Origin: Caecitellus pseudoparvulus
Lineage: Eukaryota; Protista; Bigyra: Bicosoecida
DNA length: 64,000 nucleotides
NCBI GenBank assembly: GCA_965644315.1
Contig: CBFFRQ010000066.1
Location: 558,001-622,000 of the forward strand
Direction of reading: 5' to 3'
Each line of letters starts with the position of its first letter. The stretch's first letter is position 1. Under the pieces are notes generated by a model. It was given only the letters and a program-made list of their open reading frames with translations, was not told the DNA's origin and did no database searches. The position numbers and the translations under genes are program-made. Shown here one piece after another: positions 32,496 through 45,377 of the stretch.

Positions 32496-33903
32496 CTACG
32501 CAGTCACAGCGCCCTGCAGAGGGTAATACTGCCAGACCACAGCCAGCGCAGCGGCAATCCAGCACGGCATGGTGAGGCAGCCCGCCAAGTGGCCCACCAG
32601 TGCCACTGCTGCCATACTGCGCTGCGCCACGCCACAGCGTCGAGCTTGCGCGATGAGGTCCACAGCGGGTGGCGTGGCCCATTCAAACATGAGGATGAAG
32701 GGCAGGACGGGGGAGGTGGAGGCGGGGTCTATGGTGCCGCTGGCTAGTAGGCCCAGCATGATGCCCAGCCCCAGTGCTGGCATGAGCACGAGCTTGACTA
32801 GCAGTGTGAGGGCCAGGTGTGGCCATGACACGTCCTCGTACACCCGCTGGAGCCCGAAGGGGTGGGGCAGGTCTGGAGCAGGGGAGGGGGTGGTGCCCCC
32901 TCCTGCCAGCTCTCGCGCCCGCAGTGTCCCACGGGGTGTATGGGGGGGGCAGGGGCTGAGCATGTCTGCCATGCTGCCTCCCAGCAGCACCAGCACAATG
33001 GGGCCCACAGAGCCGCTGAAGGAGTACAGCAGCGAACTCACGGTGCTGGCCAGCAAGGGATCTTTGGCCGTGCCGTCCACCATACCTGCCACGCCGGGGG
33101 ACACTTCGGGGTGCAGTGCGGCCTTCACGTGGGGGATGCTGCCCAGCGCCAGGGCTGCCAGGACGCCCACGATGGGGGGCGCTGCTTGCCACAGGGCTTG
33201 GCGCCAGTACACGAGCCATCCTGTCGTGCCAGCGCGAGGGGCCTGGGCGGCACAGGGACGGGAGCCACCATCCACCGCCAGCCGCTCTGCCTGTGCGTGG
33301 GCTTGGAGGAGCCACGGGAGGAACGTCCAAGAGACGACGTTGAGGGAGATGGCGAAGGCTGAGATGACTGTGACGCTCATGGCGATATCTTCCACGACGC
33401 TGCGGTCTTGTCCGAAGGGCTGGATGGTCATGACGGCTGGCACGACGGTGAGCGCGAGGTAGCCCTGATTGGACAGGCTCGCGCCAGCGGCCACGAGGTG
33501 CTCACTAAACCCGGCCTGGGACGGGCCCTCGCGCAGACAGGGCCGAAAGAGAGCATGTGCAAGGTAGGCAAGAATGACCCCCGCACATGACGTGCACGCT
33601 GCCATGACGAGGGAGCCTGCAATGGGAGGGGTGCGGTGCGGAAAATGATGCTGGCGAATCATGAGCCCAGCTGCAGCGACGCGCACCAAAAACGACCCCG
33701 ACAACGGAGGCATCCACTGTATAGCTTATGAAGGTAAAGAGGTACGCAGGCAGCAACAAACGGTATGTGACGCCCATAATGTTGGACACCTGCGGGCCCA
33801 AGGCGCCTGTGCAGCTCTGCGCGACGAAGCCGATGCCGACGACGATGAAGGCGCGCAGGACTCCCTGCAGGCCGATTAGGTAGGCAGTGCCTGCACTAGC
33901 CAT
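32496..33903 (-). CDS. PIN-LIKES / AEC transporter, copy 2
   Basis: LLLPAYLF, NQGYLAL, PIVLVLLGG, KLVLMP, TPPAVD. Confidence 0.8.
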
Positions 33904-34175
33904 CGGGGGTATCCTTCTTCACACGCAGGCTGCACGGCTCTTGAACACTGCCCTGAATCCCTGCCAGGGCTTCAGTGCGCTGTGGTGCTCTTCACTCGGC
34001 CTGTGCTCGCTCACGGCTCTGGTCGACGGAACATGTACATTGCAAACATCACCTGGGGGCCCTTCCTCCTTGCGAACGGGCAGCGTTTGCTTAATGACTA
34101 GAAAGGTGGAATGCCACGGGCAGCGGCGCGTCCCTACTGCTGTGTGATGGGAGGGCGAAAGGTTGCCTTGTGAGG

Positions 34176-35854
34176 CTACTGTGGGTAGTACCCGTTCACA
34201 ACGGTGATGAAGACGGTGATCCACACCGTCATGCTGATGGCTGCAGCAATGTGCCCTGTGAGCACCACCGACGCCACTTCTTTCTCTGCGAAGCGCTCCA
34301 GGTTGGTCATGACCAGCAGGTTCAGCGCTGTGGGGGGGCTCCACTGCAGCATGAAGATGAAGGGCAGGACTGGGGAGGTGGAGGCGGGGTCCAGGACGCC
34401 CCCTTCCAGCAGGGCCACAACCAGGGCCAGGCCTGTGGCGGGCATGAGCACCAGCTTCGTGATCAGCGACGTGGCTAGCAGGAGTCCTGGCAGCTTTGTT
34501 TGTGCTGGTCGTGTTGTGGCTTCGGAGATCGTCTGTTGGTCAGAAGGGGGCTCCTCGACAGCGATGACAACGTCTTGCTTGTCAAGACCAGCCGTATCCT
34601 GATCAGCGCTTGGGGGCTGTGGCGCAGCGTCTGCATCGCAGAGCGCATTGGGGGAGGCAGCTGCGGCACTCGCCTCATCCTCCTCTCGGCTGTCGACAGC
34701 CTCCTCGCCGACGCCGCTGGAGCGCACAGAACCACCTTCAGCTGTATGCAACTCTTCAGATGTCTCGATAGTACCACCAGCGTGTTCAGCTTCTGGGGGA
34801 GCAGCCTTGCCGCCAGTGGCAGAGGCAGTGCCCAGCTCCTCGCCATCCTGCTTTGGCGGGGCGAGCATCTCCACCATGGTGGCGCCCAGCTGCAGCAGCA
34901 CGATGGGGACAGTGGCGTCTCCAAGTGACTTGATGGCTGCCGTCACTGTGGGCTCCAGTGGCGCCAGATCATCCTCCTCTTCCGAGTGTAGGAGGGCCTT
35001 CACGGGGGGGATGAGGCCCAGCACGATGCCGGCGAGGCACCCCGCGATGGGGGGCGTGATGGCCGACAAGCACCTCACACACCCCTGCCGCAGGGATGTG
35101 GTGCCAGCGCCCAGCTCTGACCCCTCAGCCTGTGCCGTGTGCAGTGCCAGCGCTGGCAAGAGGGCGGGCGGATGGGACTCGCTCTTCTGCCGCCCCACGA
35201 GCCAGTGGATGAGGGTCCAGGAGAGCAGGTTGAGGGACATCATGTATGCTGATATGACTGCGATACCAAACAACACGTCCTCGTCGGCGTCCCTGTGCTT
35301 CCCAAAGGGCTGCAGGGCCAGCACAGCCGGCAGCAAGGACAGGGGCAGGTAGCCTTGGTTTCCCAGCCCGTTGCATGCCGCAAAGAGGTACTTGCCAAAG
35401 ACAGGGCTGGTGTGCTGCGGAGCCAAGCACTCAAAGACGCTGTATACTGCGAGACCAATGCCAACGCCGATGAAAGTCGCGCCAAATGCCATGGCCACGG
35501 CTCCTGCGAGGGTGGGCAGGGTCCAAGGTGTGTGCGGAAAATGGTGCTCCATGCAGACGACTGCGCTTCTGGAGCTGCTTGCTGCGTAGTTGACACTTCG
35601 CACGGCGAGGCCAGACGCAGATTAGCGGCGTGTCACGAACCTCCAAGTGTGGCGAGTGCCTCGACGCTGATGGCTTCCGACACCGACGCGAACAGCAGGC
35701 ACGGAAGCAGCAAGCGGAAGATGAGCTGTGTGAGCCCTGACAGCGTCTCGCCAAACATGCCGGTCTGGTGCTGGATGACGCCGCCAGTGAGGATGACGAG
35801 AAGAACTCGCACAATGCCCTGCACTGCTGCAAGCAGTGTCTGGGCGAAGGCCAT
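34176..35854 (-). CDS. PIN-LIKES / AEC transporter, copy 3
   Basis: LIFRLLLPCLLF, NQGYLPL, VPIVLLQLGA, KLVLMP, PPTALN. Confidence 0.85.
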
Positions 35855-35989
35855 GGTGGCCGCTGGCGCGCCGCGGGGAGCTCGGCGCTTGCTCGCTTGA
35901 GCTGGCTCTCAGCAGCAAGTGTCACAGCGTGCGTGCGGAGGGCCCACAGTCGCATGCCCCAAAAGCACAGAAGTCCCCATGCATTTCCA

Positions 35990-38900
35990 TCATGTCTGGT
36001 GGGTTTTGCGTTGCCTGCCGCCAGATCGCGCGCGGGCCTGAGCGGGCACCTTCGGGGTGTTGGACACGGGCACCACGACCCGACGGCGAGCAGTGGCAAT
36101 GGGGGGTGTCGCAGGGGAAGAGGCGTCACTGTCTGCCACTGCTGACGCGCCGTATGCTTGAATGCGCGCACACCGGGTGAGGTGTGGCATGACTGCGGGG
36201 ACGGAGAAGACGTTGAGAGCGTCCACGTCATCGTGCGTCAGCTGTGCCGCATCCAGTGCCGTGGAGCCACCCGCCCCCTCCTCCAGCGCCTGCGCCAACA
36301 GGGCATACGGCGGCGGAATGCTGGCGGCCGTGTCCACGTCGGGTGGCGTGCAGTGCCCCACCCGCACCCCCAGGCGGCTGGCGGCGGACGGCTCCAGCGT
36401 CCCTTCAGTGCGCCACCCGAGTTTGTTGCACGGCACGCAGTGGCGCAGGCACATGCGCTGCACGGGGCTCAAGCTCACCGGCAGAGGGCGCTGGTACAAC
36501 GCAGCGGCCTTGGCAGGGGGCAGCAGCAGGTTGCACAGACACGACTCCAGCAGCGTGCCGGCTACGTGTGCGGACCGCTCCGCCCTCAGACGTGCGCCCG
36601 CCAAGTCGGCGTTGCGGCGGATGCCATCATTGTCCTGCATCAGGCGGGCGACGGCCCGCTCCAGGGTGGTCTGTGACGGCTCTTTCTCGCGCACCTTCAG
36701 GCCCAGGCCCGAGTTGTGCACCATGTCGCCCCACTGCATCTGGTCCGCCCACCGCAGGACGGGGATGACAAGGGAAGGCAGACCGGCAGCCAGCACTTTG
36801 GCCGTAGTGCCGGCGCCACCGTGGTGGGCCACGGCAGCCACCTGCTCAAACACCCAGTCGTGGGGGGCAGCCCGAATCACCGCCACGGTGCGCGTGGCAC
36901 CTGCGTGTGGCTCCTTCAGCAGCTCCTCCTCAGAGTAGTACCGCCTGCCAATCGGCTCAGGAAGGACATCGGCCAGGTCCTCCGGGGGCTCTGCCCACCC
37001 GTGCATGAGCAGCACACGGTAGCCCTGGGCCAGTGCAGCCCGCACGAGTTTGGACACGGTGCCGTTGCTGGTGGCCAACACCATGCTGCCGAATGTGATG
37101 CACAGCACGGCGCCGCGTGACCTGTGGAAGAAGTCCACAAGCCAGGCGGGAGGGCGCCACGCCGGCGCAGCTGCCGGGCTGCCGGCCGTGTCCGAGTCAC
37201 TGCTGCTGTGGTTGTAGCCGTGGGCGGAGAAGTTCATCCAGAAGCCCGTTTGGAACACCCATGCAGGCGTGTCCAGGGGCTTCGGGAACAGGACGGGGGA
37301 GATGGGCAGGAACTGTGGCGTGAAACCCATGTCATGCAAGCGGTCTGCCGCTGCAAAGCTGCCGTCCCCCAGTCCCAGCACAACCCGCCGAAAGGCCTCC
37401 TCCATAGCCTGGATAGGAACCACCTTGGTGGCCACCGCCACGCGCACCCAGTACGCGTAGTGCGCCAGCTTGTTCAGGAAGCCGACGGGGGAGGATGACA
37501 CGCCAGGCGGGCCATAGGCGGACGAGGGGTTGTCAGGGCCCAGCTTCGCGATCCAGGTGGGGATGCCGAGCGCTTCCGACACGTTCAGCGCGAAGGAGAT
37601 GGTGTGCGCGGTGCCCAGGATGACGTCTGCCCGGCGCCGGGGGGGCAGTGGACCCCTCGCGTCCACAGGCACCCCAGCACTACCGCCTGCCTGCCCAGCG
37701 CCGGGCTGCAGCGTCTTGACGCCGTACAGTTTGTCTTGCACGCGTACTGCCAGCTCGGTGGCAGCGGCATCCCCGATGGCGGCAGAGGAGGCGGCATCCA
37801 GACCCCCCCCCATCCCCCCCTCGTACTGCACCTCTCCCAGGCCGGTCTCAGGGTGCTCCACCACATCTCCCAGGCGCAGGGCCGGGTTGGCCTGCCCCAA
37901 GGCGGTCAACCACCGGGGCATGCTGAGTGTGCCGTCACGGCTGCCTGGAGCCGGGGCGAAGACGGGCGGGCTGCTCCCCGCAGCAGCGCGGAAGAAGCCC
38001 ATGGCCACCTTGTGGTAGGCGATGTGGAAGGCTTTAAACGTGACCTCCATCATCTCCCCCACTGAGCCCACCTCCAGCCACGCCGCAGGTTGCTCGATGC
38101 GGGGCAGGCCCAGGGGGATGAACTCCAGCCCCGCCTCCGTCACGAACTCTGCGAAGTTGTCCGTGGAGCAGATGGCGAACTCGTGCCCCCGATCCACCAG
38201 GGCCCGCCCCAGGGCGACGAACGGCTCCACATCCCCGCGCGTGCCGATGGTGCAGCACACGATGCGCAGGGAGCCCGAGGCGTCCGGCAACGCCTTGCCA
38301 GGAGCGGTCTTCGAGGCTGTGTGAGCCCGGCGCTGGGCGCCGTGTGGGAGGGCGTGCTTGGCTGAGGGCGGGGGGGTGCGGTCTCCCCCCGCCGCCAGTG
38401 GTTGCAGGGGCATGACGGGGGGGGCGGCAGTGTGCAGTGCCAGCGGGGCGGGTGGCAGCAACTGGTGGGGGTGCTCGCCTGCCTGGCGCTTGGGCCAGCG
38501 CCAAGCAGCCTCGGCTTCATCCAGTGGCATGCCCCAGAACCACCGTGCGGAGCACTGCAGGTGGGTCGTGCAGGCCAGGCCAGCCAACACCACCACCGCG
38601 AAGGGGTGGGCCCACTCCGTGGGAGGGGACCCCCCCGCACACGCCTCCAGCACCTGCCCAGCTGAGGCGAGGGAGGCATGCGGCAGGAGGAGGGCCAGAC
38701 AATACACCACCAACCACATGCGCACAGTGGAAAGGCGGTTGCCCAGCCACAGTCGGTACTCCACTGCCCGGGGCCGGCGCAGCTCCGGGATGGCGAAGAG
38801 CGGCACGTGGGAAGGACTGTCCCGCTGGGTCCCCAGAATGTACAGCGCGTACACGAAGTATCCCTGTGAAGGAGCGGCCCGAAGTGACGCCGGTGGGGAG

Positions 38901-39274
38901 AGTCAGGGGCGAGAGAGGGCGGTCGGCGCCCTGTCGCTTGCCACGCACCCACACCCCAGCGCGGAGAGCTGCATGCATCATGCTGGAAGGCGACTCGGCG
39001 AAGGCGGCGCCGAAAAGGGAGTGGCCAAACAACACGAGGGAGATCTGCGAGGGGCATGTGTGTCGGCGTGCGGTGAGCCAGTCTCACGGCGAGCACGCCC
39101 AGGCCAGCGTTCGACTTCCGCACTCACCAGCTGCTCAACCTGCCACTGCAGCCGCGCCTTGATCACTCCAGGCGGCACTTCATCAATAGCAGCACTGCAA
39201 CTCAGGTGCACGACCCTATCCACGGTGCCGTACAGCAGCAGGGCGCCGGCAATGGCATCTGTCAGGGCTGCCAT
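35990..39274 (-). CDS. Sterol 3-beta-glucosyltransferase-like GT1 enzyme
   Basis: TIGTRGDVEPFVALG, ITFGSM, APHDWVF..HHGGAGTT..AGLPSLVIP..DQ..WG. 5' exons inferred; start uncertain. Confidence 0.85.
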
Positions 39275-39485
39275 GGTGGCAGGGTTGTGTGGGGGGGCAC
39301 CTGCGCTTGCCAAGTGAAGCAAGCAGCAAGTTCCCACGGCCGGGCAAACTTGCGAGGCTGAGCACAATCACTCAGCAGCAATACAAAGTGCCTGTACTGG
39401 ACTTCTTCCTGGCCGAGTACGGTGGGCTGACCAGAGGGCCCTTGCGTCTCCTGCCTGCTGCGTTCCAGCCACGTTGCACCGCAGG

Positions 39486-41802
39486 ATGGATAGTGCCAGC
39501 GATTCCGGCTCCTCCTCCGGCTCCAGCAGCGAGTCAGGGGAGGAGTTGTCCTTCTCCTGGCTGGGAGAAGGGCGCCCCGACGGCGATAACCACGTGCATG
39601 ACGCGTGCATCGTGCGGGGCGTGACTGTGACTGTGGGCGACGTCGTGCTGTTGCGGAGTGGGGATGGTGGGGAGCCCTTCGTGTGCTGGATCACACGCAT
39701 GTGGTCCACAGCGTCAGAGGCGCCGTCTTGGCGCGGCAGGTGGTTTCACCGAGCCACAGACTTGCCCCGGCCAGGGTCCACGGCCGCTCCCAACGAGCTG
39801 TACCTTTCGCAGCAGGTGCGTGGCAGTGCCATTCCGCGGCTTGGCAGGTCTCCTGCCTCTCGCCGCGGCGCTTGCGCTGAGGTGCAGCGAGACCGCCCAT
39901 GCGCCCAAGTCCTGCACGGAGTTTGGCATTGTTCTTCACCCGTGTGTGCACAACCTTTCCCCCTGTCCGCAGCTGGACACAAACTCCGCGGAGACTTTCT
40001 TGGGCCTGGCCACCGTGCAGCTGCAAAACGCCGACGGCTCTGAAACTCTTTCCCTGCATCCTGCCACTGCTCCCGAGGAAGAAGTCGAGAGCTTCCTGTG
40101 CCGCGCAGAGTATCACACACACGGCAATGCGTTTAAGCCGGTGAACTTGGCGGAAATCAAGGGCATCCTCTCCGCCTGCGTGGCTGCACGTGGAGGTGGC
40201 GTGGAGGGCGCCGTGCCAGCTTCGGCTGCCCCAACTGCCGCACCAGGCTCCAGCGCTGCAGACCTGTCGCATTTGAAGATTGCCGCCGCATCTGGCCCAG
40301 CAGTGCCCAAACTCTCCTCTCCAGGGGGACTGGCGCCGCCGGGGCGCAGCCTCATGGCAGGCGGGGCTGGCGGGGCAGGCGCCTCTCCTCGAGCCCGAGG
40401 CTTGGCCCCCGCCCTGGCTGGCTCCGGGACCAGCGCAGACGCAACCGTCCTGTCCACTCGGGCCGCTGAGGAAGAGGCGCTCCTGGGGCGTCTCGTGCCG
40501 CAGCCGGCAGCGGGGGACGGCAAGTTCCAAATCCGCGTCGGCCCCAACCGCCAAGCCATCCTGCCCTCCTACCAGGGCCCCCGCCCCGCCCAGCCCATGG
40601 CTGCGTCGGGTTCCCAGACCCCTGACTCTGTCGGGCTGGGCGGCAAGTCCGTGGAGGACGCAGGAACCGCCCTGGTCGCGCCGACGGCGCCTGACCTCAC
40701 TCCCGGCCAAGAGCTCGCCTTCATGGAGGGCTTCAACCGTTTCGGGAAGGAGTTTCACCGCATCGCCGCCGACATGGCGGGCGTGAGCACTGGCACGCTC
40801 GTGGCGCACTACTACAAGCACAAGTCTCGCCGGGCTGTCCTGGCGCGGGAACGCCACGAGAAGCGCCATGGGGCCCCCCAGCCCGACGAAGTGGCCCTCG
40901 GCGGCGGCGAGAAGCGGGATGTCGTGCCTGTGGAGCTGGTGTGCATGCGGCGCTCCTGTGGCAACACGGTGTCCATGCGGCAGTACAACGCCCACCGCGT
41001 GCTGTACCGGGCACGCACGCAGTGCAACCCCAGCTGGCGCTCAGCCACAAAGAACCCCTTCTGGCTGTGCTTGGACTGCTTCCCAGCACCAGACCATGCC
41101 CTGCGCCAGGGCCTGTACAGCTACGCAGGGGCAGAGGATGAGGGTGGCCGCTCTCGCAAGCGCAGGCGAGCGGCGGTGCTGGCTGACGCAGAGCGCTTGG
41201 CCCGAGAGTACCAGCACGGTGGTCGCTTTTCCATGGCCGCTGACTCCATGTACGATATCGCGCCAGATGGGCAGGTGCCTGACAACTCTGGCATGGCCGC
41301 CTCTGCCCTCAACGGCGTGCGTGCAGCCATCATGCAGGCGCAGCTGAGCGTGAAGGATTCCGTGGAGCTCGTACACCGCGTGCGCCAGGTGTACGGCGCA
41401 GAGTCCCCTCGCTTCCGGCGCTTCTTGTCCCTGCTCTTTCGGTACCAGCGGCGGGCTCTGAGTGTGCGGGGGCTGGCTGCGCGGGTGCTGCGTCTGTTCC
41501 GGAAGAACCCCCCCATTCTCAAGGCCTTTGCTGTGTTCCTGCCGCCAGTTGTCCGGGAGGCCTTTGTGCGCGGCATGCAGCATGGCTTGAAGGCCACTGC
41601 GGAGGCCGCGGAAGAGCGGGAACGCACGCTGCAAGCTCAAGAGGCCGCGGTGCACGCTGCCAACCAAGCCGGTGATACAGAGAGTGCCGCGAAGAGGCCT
41701 CGCACGGAGGAGGCAGGAGAAGAAGACTCTGCCCCTACCACACATGCAGCTGCCTCGAGCAGTGCTTCTGCCGCTCCCGAAGGGGGCTCAGGCGCCACTT
41801 GA
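39486..41802 (+). CDS. Chromatin regulator with BAH, ELM2, SANT and PAH domains
   Basis: BAH (VGDVVLL..PFVCWITRMW..GRWF..NELYLS), ELM2 (IRVGPNRQA), SANT (FMEGFNRFGKEFHRIA..LVAHYY), PAH (FRRFLSLL..VLRLFRKNPPILKAFAVFLP). Phase-0 intron 39816-39972. Confidence 0.8.
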
Positions 41803-41942
41803 ATGGTGCTGCTGGTTGCGCGCCAACAGGTGAGCAGGCGCACCGCACCGCAGTGCCTGCGCTTCCTCAATTCACTCCACGCCAACTCCCAGTGCCAACC
41901 ACATGTCAAACAACGACAATATCTTACCATTCCCTTCGAACC

Positions 41943-43031
41943 ATGGGCTGTGGGTCATCTGTGCCCGCCCAGGAGGCGGCACCCCAAGCGGTGCCCGCCG
42001 GGCAAGTGGAGAAGCCGTCCGGAACTGCAACTGCCCAGAGCGCCCCCGCTGCCCAGTCGCCCAGCAAGCCAGCAGAAACAACACATGCCAAAGACACACA
42101 ACAATCTACGACCAGCACAGCTGACGAGGGGGGCCAAGTGGGTAGTTCCACGGTGCAAGGCGCGGAAATTGAAACCAGCGCAGTGGCTGGCGCCAAAACC
42201 ACGCACGCGTCAGCAGATGACGATGCCGCTGACACGGCCGGCGTTGGCGTGACTGTCGAAGCAGAAGTTGAAGCACCGGCCCCTTCTGGTGCTGAAGTTC
42301 CCGCCGAGGCTGCTGCAACCACCACACAGTCGTCAGACGCTGACACGACTGGCAGCAACACTGCTCCGGCTGCGGCAGATGCCAGTGCGTCCTCTGCACC
42401 AGCCGAGGAAGCCGCCGAAGAGGCCACAACTGAGACCACTGAGGAGGCTGCAGCTGAGACCACCGAGAAGGCTGCAGCTGAGACGACTGAGGAGGCTGCC
42501 GCTGAGACCACTGAGGAGGCGGCCGCTGAGACCACTGAGGAGGCTGCAGCTGAGACCACTGAGGAGGCTGCCGCTGAGACCACTGAGGAGGCCACTGAGG
42601 AGGCTGCCGCTGAGACCACTGAGGAGGCTGCCGCTGAGACCACTGAGGAGGCGGCCGCTGAGACCACTGAGGAGGCTGCAGCTGAGACCACTGAGGATGC
42701 CACTGAGGAGGCTGCAGCTGAGACCACTGAGGAGGCTGCAGCTGAGACCACTGAGGATGCCACTGAGGAGGCCACTGAGGAAGCCACTGAGGAAGCTACT
42801 GAGGAAGCTACTGAGGAGGCTACTGAGGAGGCAACACCCGCTGCCGCTTCAGCTAGTGCCACAGAGGAAGCCAGCCCGGAAGGGGATGGGGATGGAGAGG
42901 AAGATGCCGAGGCAGCTGCGGCGGCAGCTCACGAGGCCAAGGGAGCGGCCGTGCGCAAAGCCAGCATGAAGCAGTACGCCAGCTCTTCAGCCAAGAAAAA
43001 GCGCAAGGGAGGCAAGCGCCGGAAGCGCTGA
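41943..43031 (+). CDS. N-acylated (MGCGSS) acidic low-complexity repeat protein
   Basis: MGCGSS myristoylation/palmitoylation motif, TTEEAAAE repeats and basic C-tail. Confidence 0.75.
   Translation: MGCGSSVPAQEAAPQAVPAGQVEKPSGTATAQSAPAAQSPSKPAETTHAKDTQQSTTSTADEGGQVGSSTVQGAEIETSAVAGAKTTHASADDDAADTAGVGVTVEAEVEAPAPSGAEVPAEAAATTTQSSDADTTGSNTAPAAADASASSAPAEEAAEEATTETTEEAAAETTEKAAAETTEEAAAETTEEAAAETTEEAAAETTEEAAAETTEEATEEAAAETTEEAAAETTEEAAAETTEEAAAETTEDATEEAAAETTEEAAAETTEDATEEATEEATEEATEEATEEATEEATPAAASASATEEASPEGDGDGEEDAEAAAAAAHEAKGAAVRKASMKQYASSSAKKKRKGGKRRKR
42430..42830 (+). repeat. Coding tandem repeat with 24-bp and 12-bp units (gctgagaccactgaggaggctgcc / gccactgaggag)
   Basis: Directly visible; encodes (AETTEEAA)n and (ATEE)n. 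Confidence 0.95.
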
Positions 43032-43075
43032 GGGTGCAAATGCACAGTAATGCAGACAACGGTGCATTGGGCCGG

Positions 43076-44946
43076 CTAGGTGCGCGGCTTCTTGGCAGAG
43101 GGGCTGTCCGGGTCTGAGCGGGTGCGCTTCGAGCCGCCAAGGGAAGCTGCAGCGGCGAAGGGTGCTGGGGAGCGCGAAACCTGCGCTGATACCGTCGGGT
43201 CAAAGTCATCATCGTGCATGCCCCCGGCAGTGCCTTGTCTGAACATCAGGGGCGGTGCCTCGCTGCCAGAGCCGGCCGCTGCTGCGACGCCGTCATCCAC
43301 TGGGCTGGGCGCATCCGGCGGAGCTTCCGTTGGGGACTCCAACAAAGCGGCGAGTTCTGGCAGGTCGCGCACCTCCTCCAGCCACGGATGTTTCAGCAGT
43401 TGCTGCACAGTCAGACGGTCTTCGGGCTGGGGCGCCAGCAAGCCTGTGATGAGGTCCTTGGCTTCCTGGGAGATGGCTGCCCACTGCCGTGCCGGGAAAC
43501 CCCACTGCACTTTATGCTTCTGGGCCTTCAACGCCTCGGGGTGGAAGGGGGGGCTCCCGCAGAGGAGGATGTACGTAATCACACCTACACTCCACATATC
43601 TGCCGGCTTGCCATAGCCGGCCGTGGCGCCGGGCATCTGCGCCACCAACACTTCCGGTGCAAGGTACTGTGGCGTGCCGCAGTACGACTGCAAGCCTTCT
43701 GCGCCGACAGCCTTGGCCACGCCGAAGTCCGCAATGACAACAGACGTGTCGTCGCTCTTGTCCAGGAGCAAGACATTTTCTGGCTTGAGGTCTCGGTGCA
43801 CCACGCCTCGAGCGTGCATGTGTGAGATGGCGGCCGCGAGGCGCCAGAGAATGATGCGTGCACGGCTCTCAGTGTAGGCACCCTTGCTGTACAGGCGCTC
43901 GAACAACTCCCCGCCGTCTGCTTTGTCTGTGATGAGGAAGAGGAAGTCTTTGCTCTCCAAGACATCGCGGAGTCTCAGAAAGCACGGGTGCGTCATGCCA
44001 GCCAGCATGTGTGCTTCCTGGATGATGTCCGTCGCACTGCCGGAGGAGGAGAACCGCAGGCGGCGCTTGTCCAAGATCTTCACTGCCACCACCTCCCCTG
44101 TGCTGCGTTTGACGGCTTCGAACACCTCGGCGAAAGCGCCCTTGCCCAGGGAGGTGCCCTTCGCATACCGCTGGTGGAAGTTGCGGCGCCGAGCGGAGAC
44201 ACTTGCCAGGCGTTCAGGCAGGGTGGTTTGCGACATGACCACGCCTTCACTCGCATCTGCCACATGCTGCTGGCTCAAGCTCTCAGGCTGCATCTTGACA
44301 ACGTAGCTGGGCAGGTCTGTGAGAGGGTGGACGCCGTTGTGAGTGGGGGCATGCCAGCAGGTTACCCCCTGCCTGCTCAACCAACTCACCATGCGGGGTG
44401 GAGCTGGACGGCATGATGAAGGAGATGACAGATCCCTCCGAGAGCCTGATATTGGCGCCTTTCGCGATCTTCCTGCCGTCCACATACGTCCCGTTTGCAC
44501 TGCGAGGGGTGGGCGAGGACGAGGCATGCCAGAGCTGAGCATCGCAGCGAGGTCGACGCTGCAGCCCCTGGCCCAGCTGACTCATGAGCAGCCCAGGCAA
44601 GCCAGGGAAACGTCAAGGCGCAGGTGCTTGCAACAGCTCCAGCGCTGCCAACCCACCTTTGGTCTCGAATCCACAGATCCCACGCCCCACCCGCGCCGGG
44701 GCGAGCAAACACCTGGCAGTGTGTGCCCGAGACATGAGCATTGCCCAGGCGCACGGTGCTCTTGTGGCGCCTGCCGAAGGTCACTGACTGCAGCGGGGGC
44801 ACGTCGATGCGCCTCCCCGAGCCTGATTCGATGAGCTGCGCCACTGAAGCAGGTGCGCCAAGCCCGTCGCCTTGCGAGGGCACGCCCGCGCCGCCCGCGG
44901 AGGCAGCAGGACTTGGCCCAGGCGCACTTGAGCGCTGTGCTGCCAT
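43076..44946 (-). CDS. FHA-domain Ser/Thr kinase (CHK2/Dun1-like)
   Basis: FHA (FGRR..HVSGTHC..SANGTYVDG) plus kinase (LGKGAFAEV, HRDLKPEN, DFG, CGTPQYLAPE). Multi-exon. Confidence 0.88.
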
Positions 44947-45377
44947 GGTGGTGCCCAGGAGTTTTGGCCAGCCGTCGCCTGGGCAGGAAAGCGCAAGGCT
45001 GCACTTGAGGGACGCTTGCTCCAGCCACAAGCGTGGTGGTGTACTGCACACCTGATTGAGAGAGCGGGTTCAGCCCAGCACCAAGACGCAGCACGACCCA
45101 CACAGGAAATGATTCGCTGAAATCGGCACCAGCGGAAGTGCTGGGTGCCTTGAGTTGTGTTGCGGCGAGGGCATTTTGAGCGAACGATGCGCCTGGGTGC
45201 TGCTGCGGAGTTTGGACCCGTCGCTCTGGCATCTCTGTGGCCGAGCAAAAGCACGGTCCGCAAAGGGGGCTTCGCAACGCCACGCACTCCATCAAAAAAG
45301 CATTTCAAGCATTGTGTGTCAGCCGCGATTCCCTCCTGGCTTCCTTGCCCTGCTGCGTTTGTTTGGCGGTGGTCATC

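Noticed and set aside
42430-42830. CRISPR-like array
   Set aside because: Head-to-tail coding repeats without unique spacers, and no cas genes.
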